Shown: in pieces, positions 47,127 through 55,904 of the stretch | Position numbering within the stretch: position 1 is the first letter of the stretch | Layout: each line of letters starts with the position of its first letter | Origin: an uncultured virus (IMG/VR IMGVR_UViG_3300029955_000017) | Lineage: Duplodnaviria; Heunggongvirae; Uroviricota; Caudoviricetes | Virus record (IMG/VR): IMGVR_UViG_3300029955_000017 | Length of the DNA stretch: 64,000 nt | Direction: 5' to 3' (one strand) | Made by a program: the position numbers and the translations under genes | The notes under the pieces: generated by a model | The model's input: only the letters and a program-made list of their open reading frames with translations | What the model was told of the DNA's origin: nothing | The model's database searches: none

Positions 47127-47936
47127 ATGACCTACGTAGACTCGTTGACGTTCGCGGCACCGACGTTGGGTTGTTCTGCACTTCTTCCTACGCTGCCGAA
47201 TGAGATCGGCCCGGCGCGGGAGGACCGCTTGTTCGAGCTGTACATGGCGGGGCAGTGCCCCCTGTGGTTGCGCCAATGGAAGGAGATTGTTGTAGAGGCC
47301 GAAGGGCTCAAGGGGTCCTTCTTCGTTCTTCCAGATTTCCTCTGCCTCGGCACGGACACCGACTACCTCTATACGCCGATGGGCGCGCTCAATGCAGAGC
47401 GCATTCTGGAACAGCGGTTCAACGCTGTGCTACCGACCGAACGCATGGTCGACTTGATCTACGCCGCGTCGAAACGGCAAGCGGCGCAGCCCTGGGGACC
47501 GCCTTACGACGATTCCATGATGAACACCAGCCGCTGGCCGGCGCAGAGCGCCAAGGTCATTGGGATGCAGCGTGCCCGCGGGGTGACGACAGGACAATTG
47601 GTAGAAGGCCATTGCAAGAACGTCATCGTGAGCGATAAAGCCATGGCGAAGCACGGCGTTCACCTGGGCTTCTACGGTTGGTTCTTAAACAACGGGGAGC
47701 CGATCCAGCAAGACAGCCTGGAGCATGGGGCTCTCTATTGCGATTACTCGCACGGCGTTCGTGGCGTGCTCAGTACAGTCGTCGTGGAAGACCAGACTAT
47801 GAAGCTAGCGGACGCACTGAAGGACGAGCGGGCGCACGTGCTATTTTCGAGTACGCGCTTCGACCCGGGGTCGTACACGGCGGCGCGCGCCGCTTACTTC
47901 CAGATGCGTGGCGTCGAGGCGCCCTTGATTTACTAA
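47127..47936 (+). CDS. conserved hypothetical protein, possibly a cell-wall enzyme
   Basis: VLPDFLCLG.D.D...PM, LPT..MVD.IY, GH.K, YGW, PIQ and H...Y.DYSHGVR motifs; TGgTAATTT-N6-ATG. Confidence 0.65.
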   Translation: MTYVDSLTFAAPTLGCSALLPTLPNEIGPAREDRLFELYMAGQCPLWLRQWKEIVVEAEGLKGSFFVLPDFLCLGTDTDYLYTPMGALNAERILEQRFNAVLPTERMVDLIYAASKRQAAQPWGPPYDDSMMNTSRWPAQSAKVIGMQRARGVTTGQLVEGHCKNVIVSDKAMAKHGVHLGFYGWFLNNGEPIQQDSLEHGALYCDYSHGVRGVLSTVVVEDQTMKLADALKDERAHVLFSSTRFDPGSYTAARAAYFQMRGVEAPLIY

Positions 47937-47996
47937 GAGCGGAAAGTTCAGCGTGCGCACGGTATAAGCATCCTGGGAAGGATGCCGCGCTAGAAC

Positions 47997-48503
47997 ATGC
48001 CGTTTGATAATACCCTTCGACCACTCTCCACGGCGTCAGCGACGGAATACGTCAATCGACTGCTCAAAAAAGGGTACTACCCCATCAATAAGCTCCCAAG
48101 AGATTCCCTGTTGCGCATTCCTTGGGAGAATGGTCCTGTTGTGTCCCATGGGTTAACCACAGGGCTACCTAAGGTACAACGGGGGACAGTGGATAGGTAC
48201 GACCTACCGGCGATCACGCACAACGGTGCGATGTGCGCTTGGGGACCTGTGGTCTACCCACTTCTTTGGAAGCAGCTCCGCGAACACGCGAACGAAAAAG
48301 AGCCCTCGACGGAACTTCTGAAACGATTCGTGTTGGACATCGCGCGTATTGCGAACAGTGCGGCGCTACAGCGCACCCTTTTACAGTCCTACATTATCGC
48401 GCATCTTCAAGAGAACAAGGATCGCGCCTTCTTGCGCGTAGCTATTGACAGCGCGCTCTGTTTGTTGTCGAAAGAAGAAAGTAGTGCTGCCCCACATCGA
48501 TAA
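47997..48503 (+). CDS. hypothetical protein
   Basis: Promoter GAAAG-N14-GGTATAAG at 47942-47968. Confidence 0.65.
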   Translation: MPFDNTLRPLSTASATEYVNRLLKKGYYPINKLPRDSLLRIPWENGPVVSHGLTTGLPKVQRGTVDRYDLPAITHNGAMCAWGPVVYPLLWKQLREHANEKEPSTELLKRFVLDIARIANSAALQRTLLQSYIIAHLQENKDRAFLRVAIDSALCLLSKEESSAAPHR

Positions 48504-48581
48504 ACAACTGTTGATCGGCCTGTTCATCATTTTGATGATCAGCATGCTCCGCACCTTGTCGTGCTGAGCTTTAGGAGCCCC

Positions 48582-49160
48582 ATGCCCGAAGAACCCACTG
48601 CAACGCCTTTCCTTGACAGTCTCACGGACCGTCGCGTCTTTCGCGTTTTCATCCCGGCGATCACCAAAGACCAGCTGAAAGAAAATCAGCCCTACGTCAT
48701 CCGCATCGTTATCCCCAAGGGCGCCCAGTTCCTTGAAGTGATGCAGATCGAACCGGTGTCCGCGGGGCTGGGAGCTTTTTCAGGGAGCTCGACGACGGCG
48801 TACGCTTTTCTGTGCGACCACGATGTTAAGGAAACGGAGACGTTCTACACAACCAGTTGGTTCAGCGACCGACCGATGCCCTGGGCGTCCGGGCAATCAG
48901 CAAAGTACGTCGATGCAACGCCTTTTCCAAAGATTTGTTGCTCGCCTCTGAACACGACGTCGCACAGTGGTATTCCGCTGCTGCACCTGCGCGTATGCGT
49001 GGTCCCAACAGATTACAAAGCCTTCGAAGCTGAGTTGGTTACTGTGGGGTACGTCATCATCAACACGAAGCCCTACGACTCGGAATCGTTGCTCGCTTAC
49101 TATCAAGCGCGAGCGAAGAGCGCGCCTTCTTCGCCAACTTCACCCCCTGCTGTAGGCTAA
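48582..49160 (+). CDS. hypothetical protein
   Basis: AGGAG RBS. Confidence 0.7.
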   Translation: MPEEPTATPFLDSLTDRRVFRVFIPAITKDQLKENQPYVIRIVIPKGAQFLEVMQIEPVSAGLGAFSGSSTTAYAFLCDHDVKETETFYTTSWFSDRPMPWASGQSAKYVDATPFPKICCSPLNTTSHSGIPLLHLRVCVVPTDYKAFEAELVTVGYVIINTKPYDSESLLAYYQARAKSAPSSPTSPPAVG

Positions 49161-49199
49161 TCGAACGCGCTTGAGCACCGCGTAATCGAGGAGCAATAC

Positions 49200-49478
49200 A
49201 TGAACGTGGCGAAGCCACCGATGCCTGCTGTGGCGTCGGACATGGACTCTTTTGTCTCTAGCGTCGACTTTGCTTACTTTCGCACGACGCTGCTGCGTAT
49301 GAAGGGGCGCTACCCGGCGATTTACGGGCACGTGGCCTACGTGGACCCGTATATCGACTATGTGCGCGTGGAAGCAGCAGTACCCATTAGGACTACGGCG
49401 ATGCTGGTAGCCTGGTCAGGGACGCAGGCAGCGTGCTACGAGAAGTGGGAAGGCTTTCTTCCGAAGGGAGATGCGTGA
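49200..49478 (+). CDS. hypothetical protein
   Basis: GAGGAG RBS. Confidence 0.7.
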   Translation: MNVAKPPMPAVASDMDSFVSSVDFAYFRTTLLRMKGRYPAIYGHVAYVDPYIDYVRVEAAVPIRTTAMLVAWSGTQAACYEKWEGFLPKGDA

Positions 49479-49699
49479 TGCCGCGGGTACTTTCGTTTCA
49501 AGCGTTGAGCGATTCTACAAAGGAGGAGGCTGGCTATCTCCTCGATAACCTGGTCGATGATATCGCGGCGCTTGCAGAAGACGTCGCCGAAAGAACGGCG
49601 ATCCACAGGTACATGGTGGACAAGCTTCGGGAGCCCATTGAAGCCGACGACGATGAGGAAGCAGAGGCTAACGAGGAAGAGGACGAAGTTTTGGCGTAG
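49478..49699 (+). CDS. small acidic protein
   Basis: TGATG coupling; D/E-rich tail. Confidence 0.65.
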   Translation: MPRVLSFQALSDSTKEEAGYLLDNLVDDIAALAEDVAERTAIHRYMVDKLREPIEADDDEEAEANEEEDEVLA

Positions 49700-49952
49700 C
49701 GGCCTTCCCGCTGTACGCCGTTTGTACCCGGTGCCCTCGGGCTTAAACGAGCAGATGCTCAGGCCGGGTAACTTTTAGCTGTCGCCCTTGCTCCGGCTAC
49801 GCGGGCAAGGGCGATGACCGCCTCAGGTTTGTTTTGTCACCGAAGCGCAACATCTTGGTGATGCCGCCCGTACTTGCTCTAGCCCTTCTTTTTTATTACG
49901 AGAAACTCCGGTCGGTGTACATTGTGCACCGAGCACACCCTCCAGGAGCTTC

Positions 49953-51065
49953 ATGAGCGAACAACACTTGCTGCATCCGGATGTTCATCGCCCGGCGTCT
50001 CAATGGAGTGAAGATCAGACGCTTCACTTGGCCGCTTGCTACAGCAATCCTTTTCGCTGGCGTGTACGCCGCGAGTTGGCCAATGACTTCCGTCGGCATA
50101 TTGCGCAGATGCCCAACGTTCGTCTGCACTTTATTGAACTGGCGTACGGGGATCGCCCGTTCGAAGTAACAAATCCAGCGCTCTACCCGGATGACATCCA
50201 GGTACGTACGCCCCATGAGCTGTGGCATAAAGAGAACATGCTCAATGTCGCCATCCAGCACTTCCCCCCAGATTGGAAGTATGGCGGCTACCTCGATGCC
50301 GACGTGCAATGCACCCGTTACGACTTTGCGCTGGAGGCCATTCATCAGCTGCAGCACTACGAGTGGGCGCAACTTTTCTCGAGCTACACAAATCTCTCGG
50401 GTAAAACGATTCCAGGGCGGGGGCATCAGCGCATTGGGGAAACCTATGGCTTTGCCTACTTGTACTCAGAGTCCATCGACTTGATGCTGCATTCTTCTAA
50501 AAAGACGCAGCTTGAAAGTGGTTTCGCCGCTCAGCCTGGTGTTCACATGCGTGGCCGACGTATGGGGGGTAACCCGGGTTTGGGTTGGGCCTTTCGCCGA
50601 AGTGCCTTCGATGCTGTAGGCGGTCTTCTCGACCGTTGCATTCTAGGTAGTGGCGACGGTTTCATGGCTTTTGGCCTTGCGGGAACTTACGACGAGTTGA
50701 AGAAGTATGGCGTGCCCCTCAACATGCGGCATTGGAGCGAAGTTCGCAACATTACGTTGTACACCGAGGCGTACCGTAGTGCGATCTATGCGTGGCAGGA
50801 GCGTGCGGCGCGCTTAACCCGTAACATTGGGTACGTTGATCAGCACGTGATCCACCACTATCACGGACCCAAGGATCGCCGCGGATACACCACGCGCGAT
50901 GCAATCCTCATCGAGGAGAAATACGATCCGATGCGCGACGTATACCCTGATTATCAGGGTATTCTTCAGCTATCTCCGGACAAGCCCCGTTTGCGAGATC
51001 GCATTCGTGCGTACTTCCTCTCTCGTGTTGAAGATCTGCCACACATCCCTTCCGACCTCGTCTGA
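49953..51065 (+). CDS. Glycosyltransferase-like protein (GT-A fold)
   Basis: LWHKENMLN, YLDADV (DxD), GLGWAFRRSAFDAVGGL, GSGD and HHYHG motifs. Confidence 0.65.
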   Translation: MSEQHLLHPDVHRPASQWSEDQTLHLAACYSNPFRWRVRRELANDFRRHIAQMPNVRLHFIELAYGDRPFEVTNPALYPDDIQVRTPHELWHKENMLNVAIQHFPPDWKYGGYLDADVQCTRYDFALEAIHQLQHYEWAQLFSSYTNLSGKTIPGRGHQRIGETYGFAYLYSESIDLMLHSSKKTQLESGFAAQPGVHMRGRRMGGNPGLGWAFRRSAFDAVGGLLDRCILGSGDGFMAFGLAGTYDELKKYGVPLNMRHWSEVRNITLYTEAYRSAIYAWQERAARLTRNIGYVDQHVIHHYHGPKDRRGYTTRDAILIEEKYDPMRDVYPDYQGILQLSPDKPRLRDRIRAYFLSRVEDLPHIPSDLV

Positions 51066-51127
51066 TTCTTTTAGCCCGCGATTTCGCGGTAGACTTCCCG
51101 CACAACGTTTTGTGTCGAGGAGGTCTT

Positions 51128-52159
51128 ATGGCCGCAGGTTCTGGTGTCTTCAGTACAGCACGACCGAAAAACGCGAATTTGGTGTACGCCGGTAAAGGAG
51201 GGATCGGCGGTGAGGTCGGCGAGCTTCGCCAGGACGTGGACAATGCCCTGTCCCCGCTGGCCGCGATCACGGTGGAAGAGTTCATCAATCCGGTGGCGCC
51301 GTCGCCCACCGCCCTGATGGCCGCGACGGCGTCATCGACCACGGCGCTGTCCTTCACCAAGTTGGCGGGGAGCTTCACCCTGGCGACCTTGGCGAGCATG
51401 GCCACGGCTCCGCGGCAGGTGCAGCTCACGACGGGGGGAACGACGCCTGCCAATCAGCCGGCGACGTTGGTGTTGAAGGGGCTCGATGAGCGGGGTAAGC
51501 CGCAGAGCGAAACGATCAATCTCCTGCAGACCGCGGGCAACGTGCTGAGCAAGTACTTCTACACCGAGCTCGATGCTGCTCTCCCGGCGGCAGGGCTCGG
51601 TGCGGGGGCTACCCTGGCCCTTGGCGTTGGTAGCAAGTTGGGCCTCTCGCGCAAGGTCAAGACGCGCGCGGGGCGCGTCGCGGTGCTGCAAGAGGTTGCG
51701 CTTGGCGCAGTCGTGACTTCGGGCGTGGTGGTGGCGGAATCCACCGGCGCGGCGGCCACCGAGACCGGGCTGGGTGACCTGACCAACGCAGCCACCATCG
51801 CCGCATTGAACGGGCAGACGCTGATCTTCAGCTTGGACAAGCAAGAGTTCAAGGCCGTGCAGTTCAATGAGCCTGCGAACGAAGCCGCGGTGGTTACGCA
51901 GATCAACGCGGTGTTTGGGGTGACCGTGGCGGCGGTGGGCGGCGTGGGCAACAAGTTCCTCGTACTGACCAGTACCACGCAGGGCATTGATAGTCAGATC
52001 GACATTTCAGCTGAGAGCACGGCGTTGGTACTCCTTGGCTTTGTACCCGGCCTCATCACGGGATCGGGCAATGGTACCTACGGGTCGTACACTCCTTCGG
52101 CGGCACTCAACGGCGCCAATGACTACGCCGTGACGTACGAGTTCGATCCCACCGTCTAA
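51128..52159 (+). CDS. Virion structural protein (decoration/sheath-associated)
   Basis: A/T/G-rich beta protein with the shared IN module; strong GAGGAGG RBS; hairpin downstream. Confidence 0.6.
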   Translation: MAAGSGVFSTARPKNANLVYAGKGGIGGEVGELRQDVDNALSPLAAITVEEFINPVAPSPTALMAATASSTTALSFTKLAGSFTLATLASMATAPRQVQLTTGGTTPANQPATLVLKGLDERGKPQSETINLLQTAGNVLSKYFYTELDAALPAAGLGAGATLALGVGSKLGLSRKVKTRAGRVAVLQEVALGAVVTSGVVVAESTGAAATETGLGDLTNAATIAALNGQTLIFSLDKQEFKAVQFNEPANEAAVVTQINAVFGVTVAAVGGVGNKFLVLTSTTQGIDSQIDISAESTALVLLGFVPGLITGSGNGTYGSYTPSAALNGANDYAVTYEFDPTV

Positions 52160-52215
52160 TCCCGCACTAAGCGAAGAAGGGACATGCCCCTCCCACGAAG
52201 GAGAGGGGCTGCCTT

Positions 52216-52809
52216 TCAGGTCATGGCGGTTCCCGCCCAAATGCCGACGTCAACCCAGTTCGTCGTGCATTCCGTAACGGCGCGCAGTTCGTCGTTGCTG
52301 AGATTGGGTGCGTCTTGCCAAAGCAGGGCCACGCAATCCAGTGACGTGTGATGCCTCTTCCAGCGTGCGACGGGCTCGAAACGGTCATCTACGAACACGT
52401 GGCCGAAGACCAGGTGCTTGTCGGCGGTAAAGTGCACGCGGGAGGCGGCATCGCGTCCGAAGAGCTCGCGCAGCCACTCCCGCCGGTCGTAATCCCAGGT
52501 GGGGGATGTATACGGCGACGACGTGATGAAGTGAACCTCGTTGCCGCGCAAAAGCTTTTGTACCCCTTCGATGGCACCCGGCAGCGGCTTCATGGATGCG
52601 GCGCGTCCAGGCTCGTTGATCAACGTCCATGTAGCGCGCATCTGTTCGTCCGTAAGCTTCAGCGCACTTTTGTAGTCGTAAGAGCTGACCAGCCCGAGAT
52701 CGTTTCGCGTGAAAGTTGTACCGTTGGCTTGGTTGCAGCAATCCACGTACAGCTGCCGAAAGTCGGCGATGACGCCGTCTACATCCAGAAGAATAATTGG
52801 TTGGCTCAT
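52216..52809 (-). CDS. HAD-family 5'(3')-deoxyribonucleotidase (NT5C-like)
   Basis: LLDVDGVIAD, PLPGAIEG, ITS and DK...VFVDDR motifs. Confidence 0.88.
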   Translation of the reverse strand: MSQPIILLDVDGVIADFRQLYVDCCNQANGTTFTRNDLGLVSSYDYKSALKLTDEQMRATWTLINEPGRAASMKPLPGAIEGVQKLLRGNEVHFITSSPYTSPTWDYDRREWLRELFGRDAASRVHFTADKHLVFGHVFVDDRFEPVARWKRHHTSLDCVALLWQDAPNLSNDELRAVTECTTNWVDVGIWAGTAMT

Positions 52810-53045
52810 TTAAGTTCCGTGGCCAGGTTGCTCAGCGTGTCGACGCTGAAGCGCCGCCCGTTGATTGTAACGGTAAGAACCCAAACCGATTCTTTGAAGT
52901 ATTCCTTCTGCACATGCTTCGCGTAGGTCAACGCGCGCTGCTCGATGCTTGCATTTTTGCTGTGTACGACATCGAAAGGAAAGGCGTTGATGACCCATTC
53001 GGCGACAACAACCTCGTCCTGCTCTTCGCTATTCTGTGTTGACAT
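52806..53045 (-). CDS. hypothetical protein
   Basis: ATGA coupling. Confidence 0.6.
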   Translation of the reverse strand: MSTQNSEEQDEVVVAEWVINAFPFDVVHSKNASIEQRALTYAKHVQKEYFKESVWVLTVTINGRRFSVDTLSNLATELK

Positions 53046-53052
53046 AGGGCTC

Positions 53053-53370
53053 TTAACGGTAGAAGCGAACCTTGGGGAACAGCTTTCGGATCTTTTCTTT
53101 GGCGTCTTCCCGCGTAAACGCGCGCAAGTTATCGTCGATGGTTCCTTCGTCGTTGGCGTACCAGTACAAGGGGGCGCCCAGCCCCCAGTAGGTTCCGCGC
53201 TTGTCGTAGCCGCCACTGTTGAGGTAGACGCGCTGCAAGACGAGCTTGCCCGCGTAATCCTTGGGTTCCGCTCGAAGGCCCGTGCGGCCGTACGCAGCGC
53301 CGCGTTGTGGGTCGCCGCCCCAACCACGTGGGTCACGTGTTGAGTAGCTTGGGGCCACGCTTCTTTCCAC
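53053..53370 (-). CDS. conserved-looking hypothetical protein
   Basis: RVYLNSGGYD..G.YWG.G.PLY...RA.TREDAK motif. Confidence 0.65.
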   Translation of the reverse strand: MERSVAPSYSTRDPRGWGGDPQRGAAYGRTGLRAEPKDYAGKLVLQRVYLNSGGYDKRGTYWGLGAPLYWYANDEGTIDDNLRAFTREDAKEKIRKLFPKVRFYR

Positions 53371-53680
53371 AGCGCTGTTGCGCGCGTATGTTGTTCTGCA
53401 CGTCTGCTTCCATTTGCTTCGCCGCCTTCGGCCCGCGTTGTGTTGCGCGTTGGATGTATTGATCGTTGCTTTCTGTCAACGCCCGGAGAGGATCTTCCTC
53501 TTCTTCATGAAGCCGACGAAGAAGGCAGCGCAATACGTCCAAATGCAGTTCGAGCCCATGGCGCGCCGGCCCCTTGACGTCTGCTGTGCGCCTCGTGTCG
53601 ATAAGGATGCCAACACTTGTGGTGACGCCGGCGGCACAGCAGCGCAAAACGTCTGATTCCTTTGGCGTGGGATTTCGCAT
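53333..53680 (-). CDS. hypothetical protein (paralog of upstream gene)
   Basis: MRNPT..E...ELHLDVL...RL.EEEE. Confidence 0.6.
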   Translation of the reverse strand: MRNPTPKESDVLRCCAAGVTTSVGILIDTRRTADVKGPARHGLELHLDVLRCLLRRLHEEEEDPLRALTESNDQYIQRATQRGPKAAKQMEADVQNNIRAQQRCGKKRGPKLLNT

Positions 53681-53865
53681 GTTTCTTCCTGTTCTGTCTT
53701 CAAACGGTCAATAACCTGGTGCAGAACACGCAGATTTAATTCGAAGGCATCGATGGTGTGACATCGCAATGCAGGGTTTTCGTGGAACAGCGTTGGTGTC
53801 TTTCGCAGTAAAGCGCGTAGGGAAAGAACAAGAAGCCATACTTCGTCGTTTGTAGGTTTTCGCAT
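53476..53865 (-). CDS. hypothetical protein (3' end overlaps paralog)
   Basis: GGAGG RBS; MRKPT..E...ELNLRVL...RL..EQEE. Confidence 0.5.
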   Translation of the reverse strand: MRKPTNDEVWLLVLSLRALLRKTPTLFHENPALRCHTIDAFELNLRVLHQVIDRLKTEQEETCEIPRQRNQTFCAAVPPASPQVLASLSTRGAQQTSRGRRAMGSNCIWTYCAAFFVGFMKKRKILSGR

Positions 53866-53924
53866 GACGCGCCTCCGGCGCATGCATCTGGGTGAACCTC
53901 GAAAGGCGTGCTACAAAGCGCGCA

Positions 53925-54476
53925 ATGGCAATGACAGCGAAAGCAATTCTCGCTCTTCTCTTGGCGCTACCACGCTACAGCGCCGATACCGAGACCGCCG
54001 AGCAGCGCACCAAGCGCCTCGAAACCGTGGCGACGTCCATCAACGTGGTCAGCGAAAGCGCCACGTGTTCCGGGCGCTACGAGGGAAAGGAAGGGTGCAA
54101 GCGCTTCTGGCCCTTGAGTGCCAAGGCGCTTCAGCGCTTGCTCATCACGGAGGGTTTTTTCGAAACGGGGTTTGCTCAGCGCGTGCACGAGGGGCATTGC
54201 TTGAAGCATGAGTGCGACGGGGGGCGCGCTCGAGGCCCTTGGCAGCTCCAGCGCAACGGCCTCATGCCCATCGAAGCCTGGGAGAAGATGACGGATGCCG
54301 GCGAAGAGAGTACGCGCGTGGGCGCCTTCTACGCCGCACGTAAGCTCGCTCAGGATTTCAACGCGTGCCAAAGCATGGAAGGTGCCATCGCGCGGTACGC
54401 TACAGGGAGCTCCTGTACTTGGTCAGGCGCCCCCGCACGCGTGCGCTTTTTTGAGCGCTTGATGGCTAAGGACTAG
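53925..54476 (+). CDS. Lysozyme-like/SLT-type lytic transglycosylase
   Basis: Signal-like N-terminus; ETGF catalytic-like motif; DGGRARGPWQL; AIARYATG. Confidence 0.6.
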   Translation: MAMTAKAILALLLALPRYSADTETAEQRTKRLETVATSINVVSESATCSGRYEGKEGCKRFWPLSAKALQRLLITEGFFETGFAQRVHEGHCLKHECDGGRARGPWQLQRNGLMPIEAWEKMTDAGEESTRVGAFYAARKLAQDFNACQSMEGAIARYATGSSCTWSGAPARVRFFERLMAKD

Positions 54477-54481
54477 CCTGA

Positions 54482-54835
54482 TTACTCCGTGGAACGCAAG
54501 CGTTCATCCCAACAGCAAGCGTCTCCAACCCAGGCTTTTTGATGCCGGTGAGCAGTTTCTTTCGGAACGAGCGCGCGGCAGAATCGGCAGCGTACGCGCT
54601 TGTGTACCGTAGGCGCATGACCGCACTGCGCATGCAATTCCCGTAAGCGAGTGCGAATGTTGCCTTCTTCTCGTTGCAGCGCCACGCCATCATCAGCATC
54701 TTTTGCTTGTACATAGCGGTCGATGTCTCCCGCTAGGTAGATGAGCGTGGTGAGCAGGTCCTGAAGATCGCGATCCGCTCTGTTCTTGTAATTGAAGAGC
54801 GCATCTGGCAGACGCGCGTCAATGGACGAAGTCAT
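54482..54835 (-). CDS. hypothetical Zn-finger protein
   Basis: CRFC...AHRHQ..WVG..CCWDERL. Confidence 0.6.
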   Translation of the reverse strand: MTSSIDARLPDALFNYKNRADRDLQDLLTTLIYLAGDIDRYVQAKDADDGVALQREEGNIRTRLRELHAQCGHAPTVHKRVRCRFCRALVPKETAHRHQKAWVGDACCWDERLRSTE

Positions 54836-55341
54836 GTGGGTACTCGGCGGCGCCCCGGAGGTATGGGCATCGTGGGGTTGGTTTCGCTGGGCGCGTGGGT
54901 CGCGCACAAATCACGGTTCGGGCCCGCCGGGCGGGCACAGCGTAAACACATGGGCCGGTCACAGGTTGTACCGGGGGTTTTACCCGGCCCATCGCAGAGC
55001 TTGGTGCTAGAGGCTTGGCAGCGGTAGCAGGGCGCCTTCTTGCGGCCACAGATGAAGGTCGCAAGGGGTTCCGCCGTGGGGGGTCCTGCGGGCGGTGGAG
55101 CAGGATATTCGGACGTGCCCAGCAAAAAGTCGAGGGACGCCCCAAGGGCTTTGGCGAGACGGCGCGCGAAGTGAAACGAGGGCTCCACCTGACCCTTCTC
55201 AACCTTTTCGAGGTAAGTGGCGGTAATGGGCGTGATGCCCGTATTACGCATATTTTGGGCAAGGAGGGTCTGTGTCCATCCTTTTTCCTCGCGGATCGCT
55301 TTGACGCGAAGCCCGAAAGAGGGCTGCATCGCTTTGACCAT
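54832..55341 (-). CDS. XRE-family HTH regulator with C-terminal Cys-rich domain
   Basis: RVKAIREEKGWTQ..LA...YLEKVEKG..EPS...LAKALGASLDFLLG; CYRC, CDG, CDRPMC..C, LCATH. Confidence 0.85.
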   Translation of the reverse strand: MVKAMQPSFGLRVKAIREEKGWTQTLLAQNMRNTGITPITATYLEKVEKGQVEPSFHFARRLAKALGASLDFLLGTSEYPAPPPAGPPTAEPLATFICGRKKAPCYRCQASSTKLCDGPGKTPGTTCDRPMCLRCARPAGPNRDLCATHAPSETNPTMPIPPGRRRVPT

Positions 55342-55390
55342 TATGCTTCTCCAGCGTTAAAAGGCGACCCGTGAAGGCCGCCTGTAAAGG

Positions 55391-55858
55391 TCACGCTTTA
55401 GGCGGACCGTCGTCGGGTACGCGCGTGTTGACCCCGTATAGGGCCTCTTGCGCCCGTGCTTCCAGCCCAGGAATGGCAATCAGCCGGGCATCATACAAGG
55501 CCGCCGCAAGGCGAAGAAAGACCAACATGCGTGGGTCGGGGGCGTCGTCGCAGGAGCGCACGGTGTTGATCAGTTGGATCGCCGCATCCACATAGCTGTC
55601 CGCGAAAAGACGGGGCAGGGTGTGAAGAAGGATGCCGTGCAGCTCGGCTTTGTCGTCCTCCGAAATTTCGTCCTCGAAGTCATCCACAGCATGGATGATT
55701 TCGTTGAGGTGCTGCGCGGTGGTCTCCCGCAGTTGGTGGAACAGGTCCATCTGCGCCTTGTTCAAACACGCCAGATGAAAAGCCATCAAGACTTTCAGGT
55801 CGTGGTCTTTCAAGTCTTTGAGCAACTTCTGCTTCAGATCGTCTTCACTGATGGTCAT
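55391..55858 (-). CDS. hypothetical protein
   Basis: MTISEDD start downstream of ligase. Confidence 0.65.
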   Translation of the reverse strand: MTISEDDLKQKLLKDLKDHDLKVLMAFHLACLNKAQMDLFHQLRETTAQHLNEIIHAVDDFEDEISEDDKAELHGILLHTLPRLFADSYVDAAIQLINTVRSCDDAPDPRMLVFLRLAAALYDARLIAIPGLEARAQEALYGVNTRVPDDGPPKA

Positions 55859-55904
55859 GGTTTCTCTTTGAGTAAGCGGCGCGCTGAAGCGCGCCGTGCA
55901 GGTT

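Noticed and set aside
33643..50231. GGCATAA copies at about 33644(-) and 50224(+)
   Set aside because: Inside coding sequence, no downstream start and no matching upstream element; chance hits
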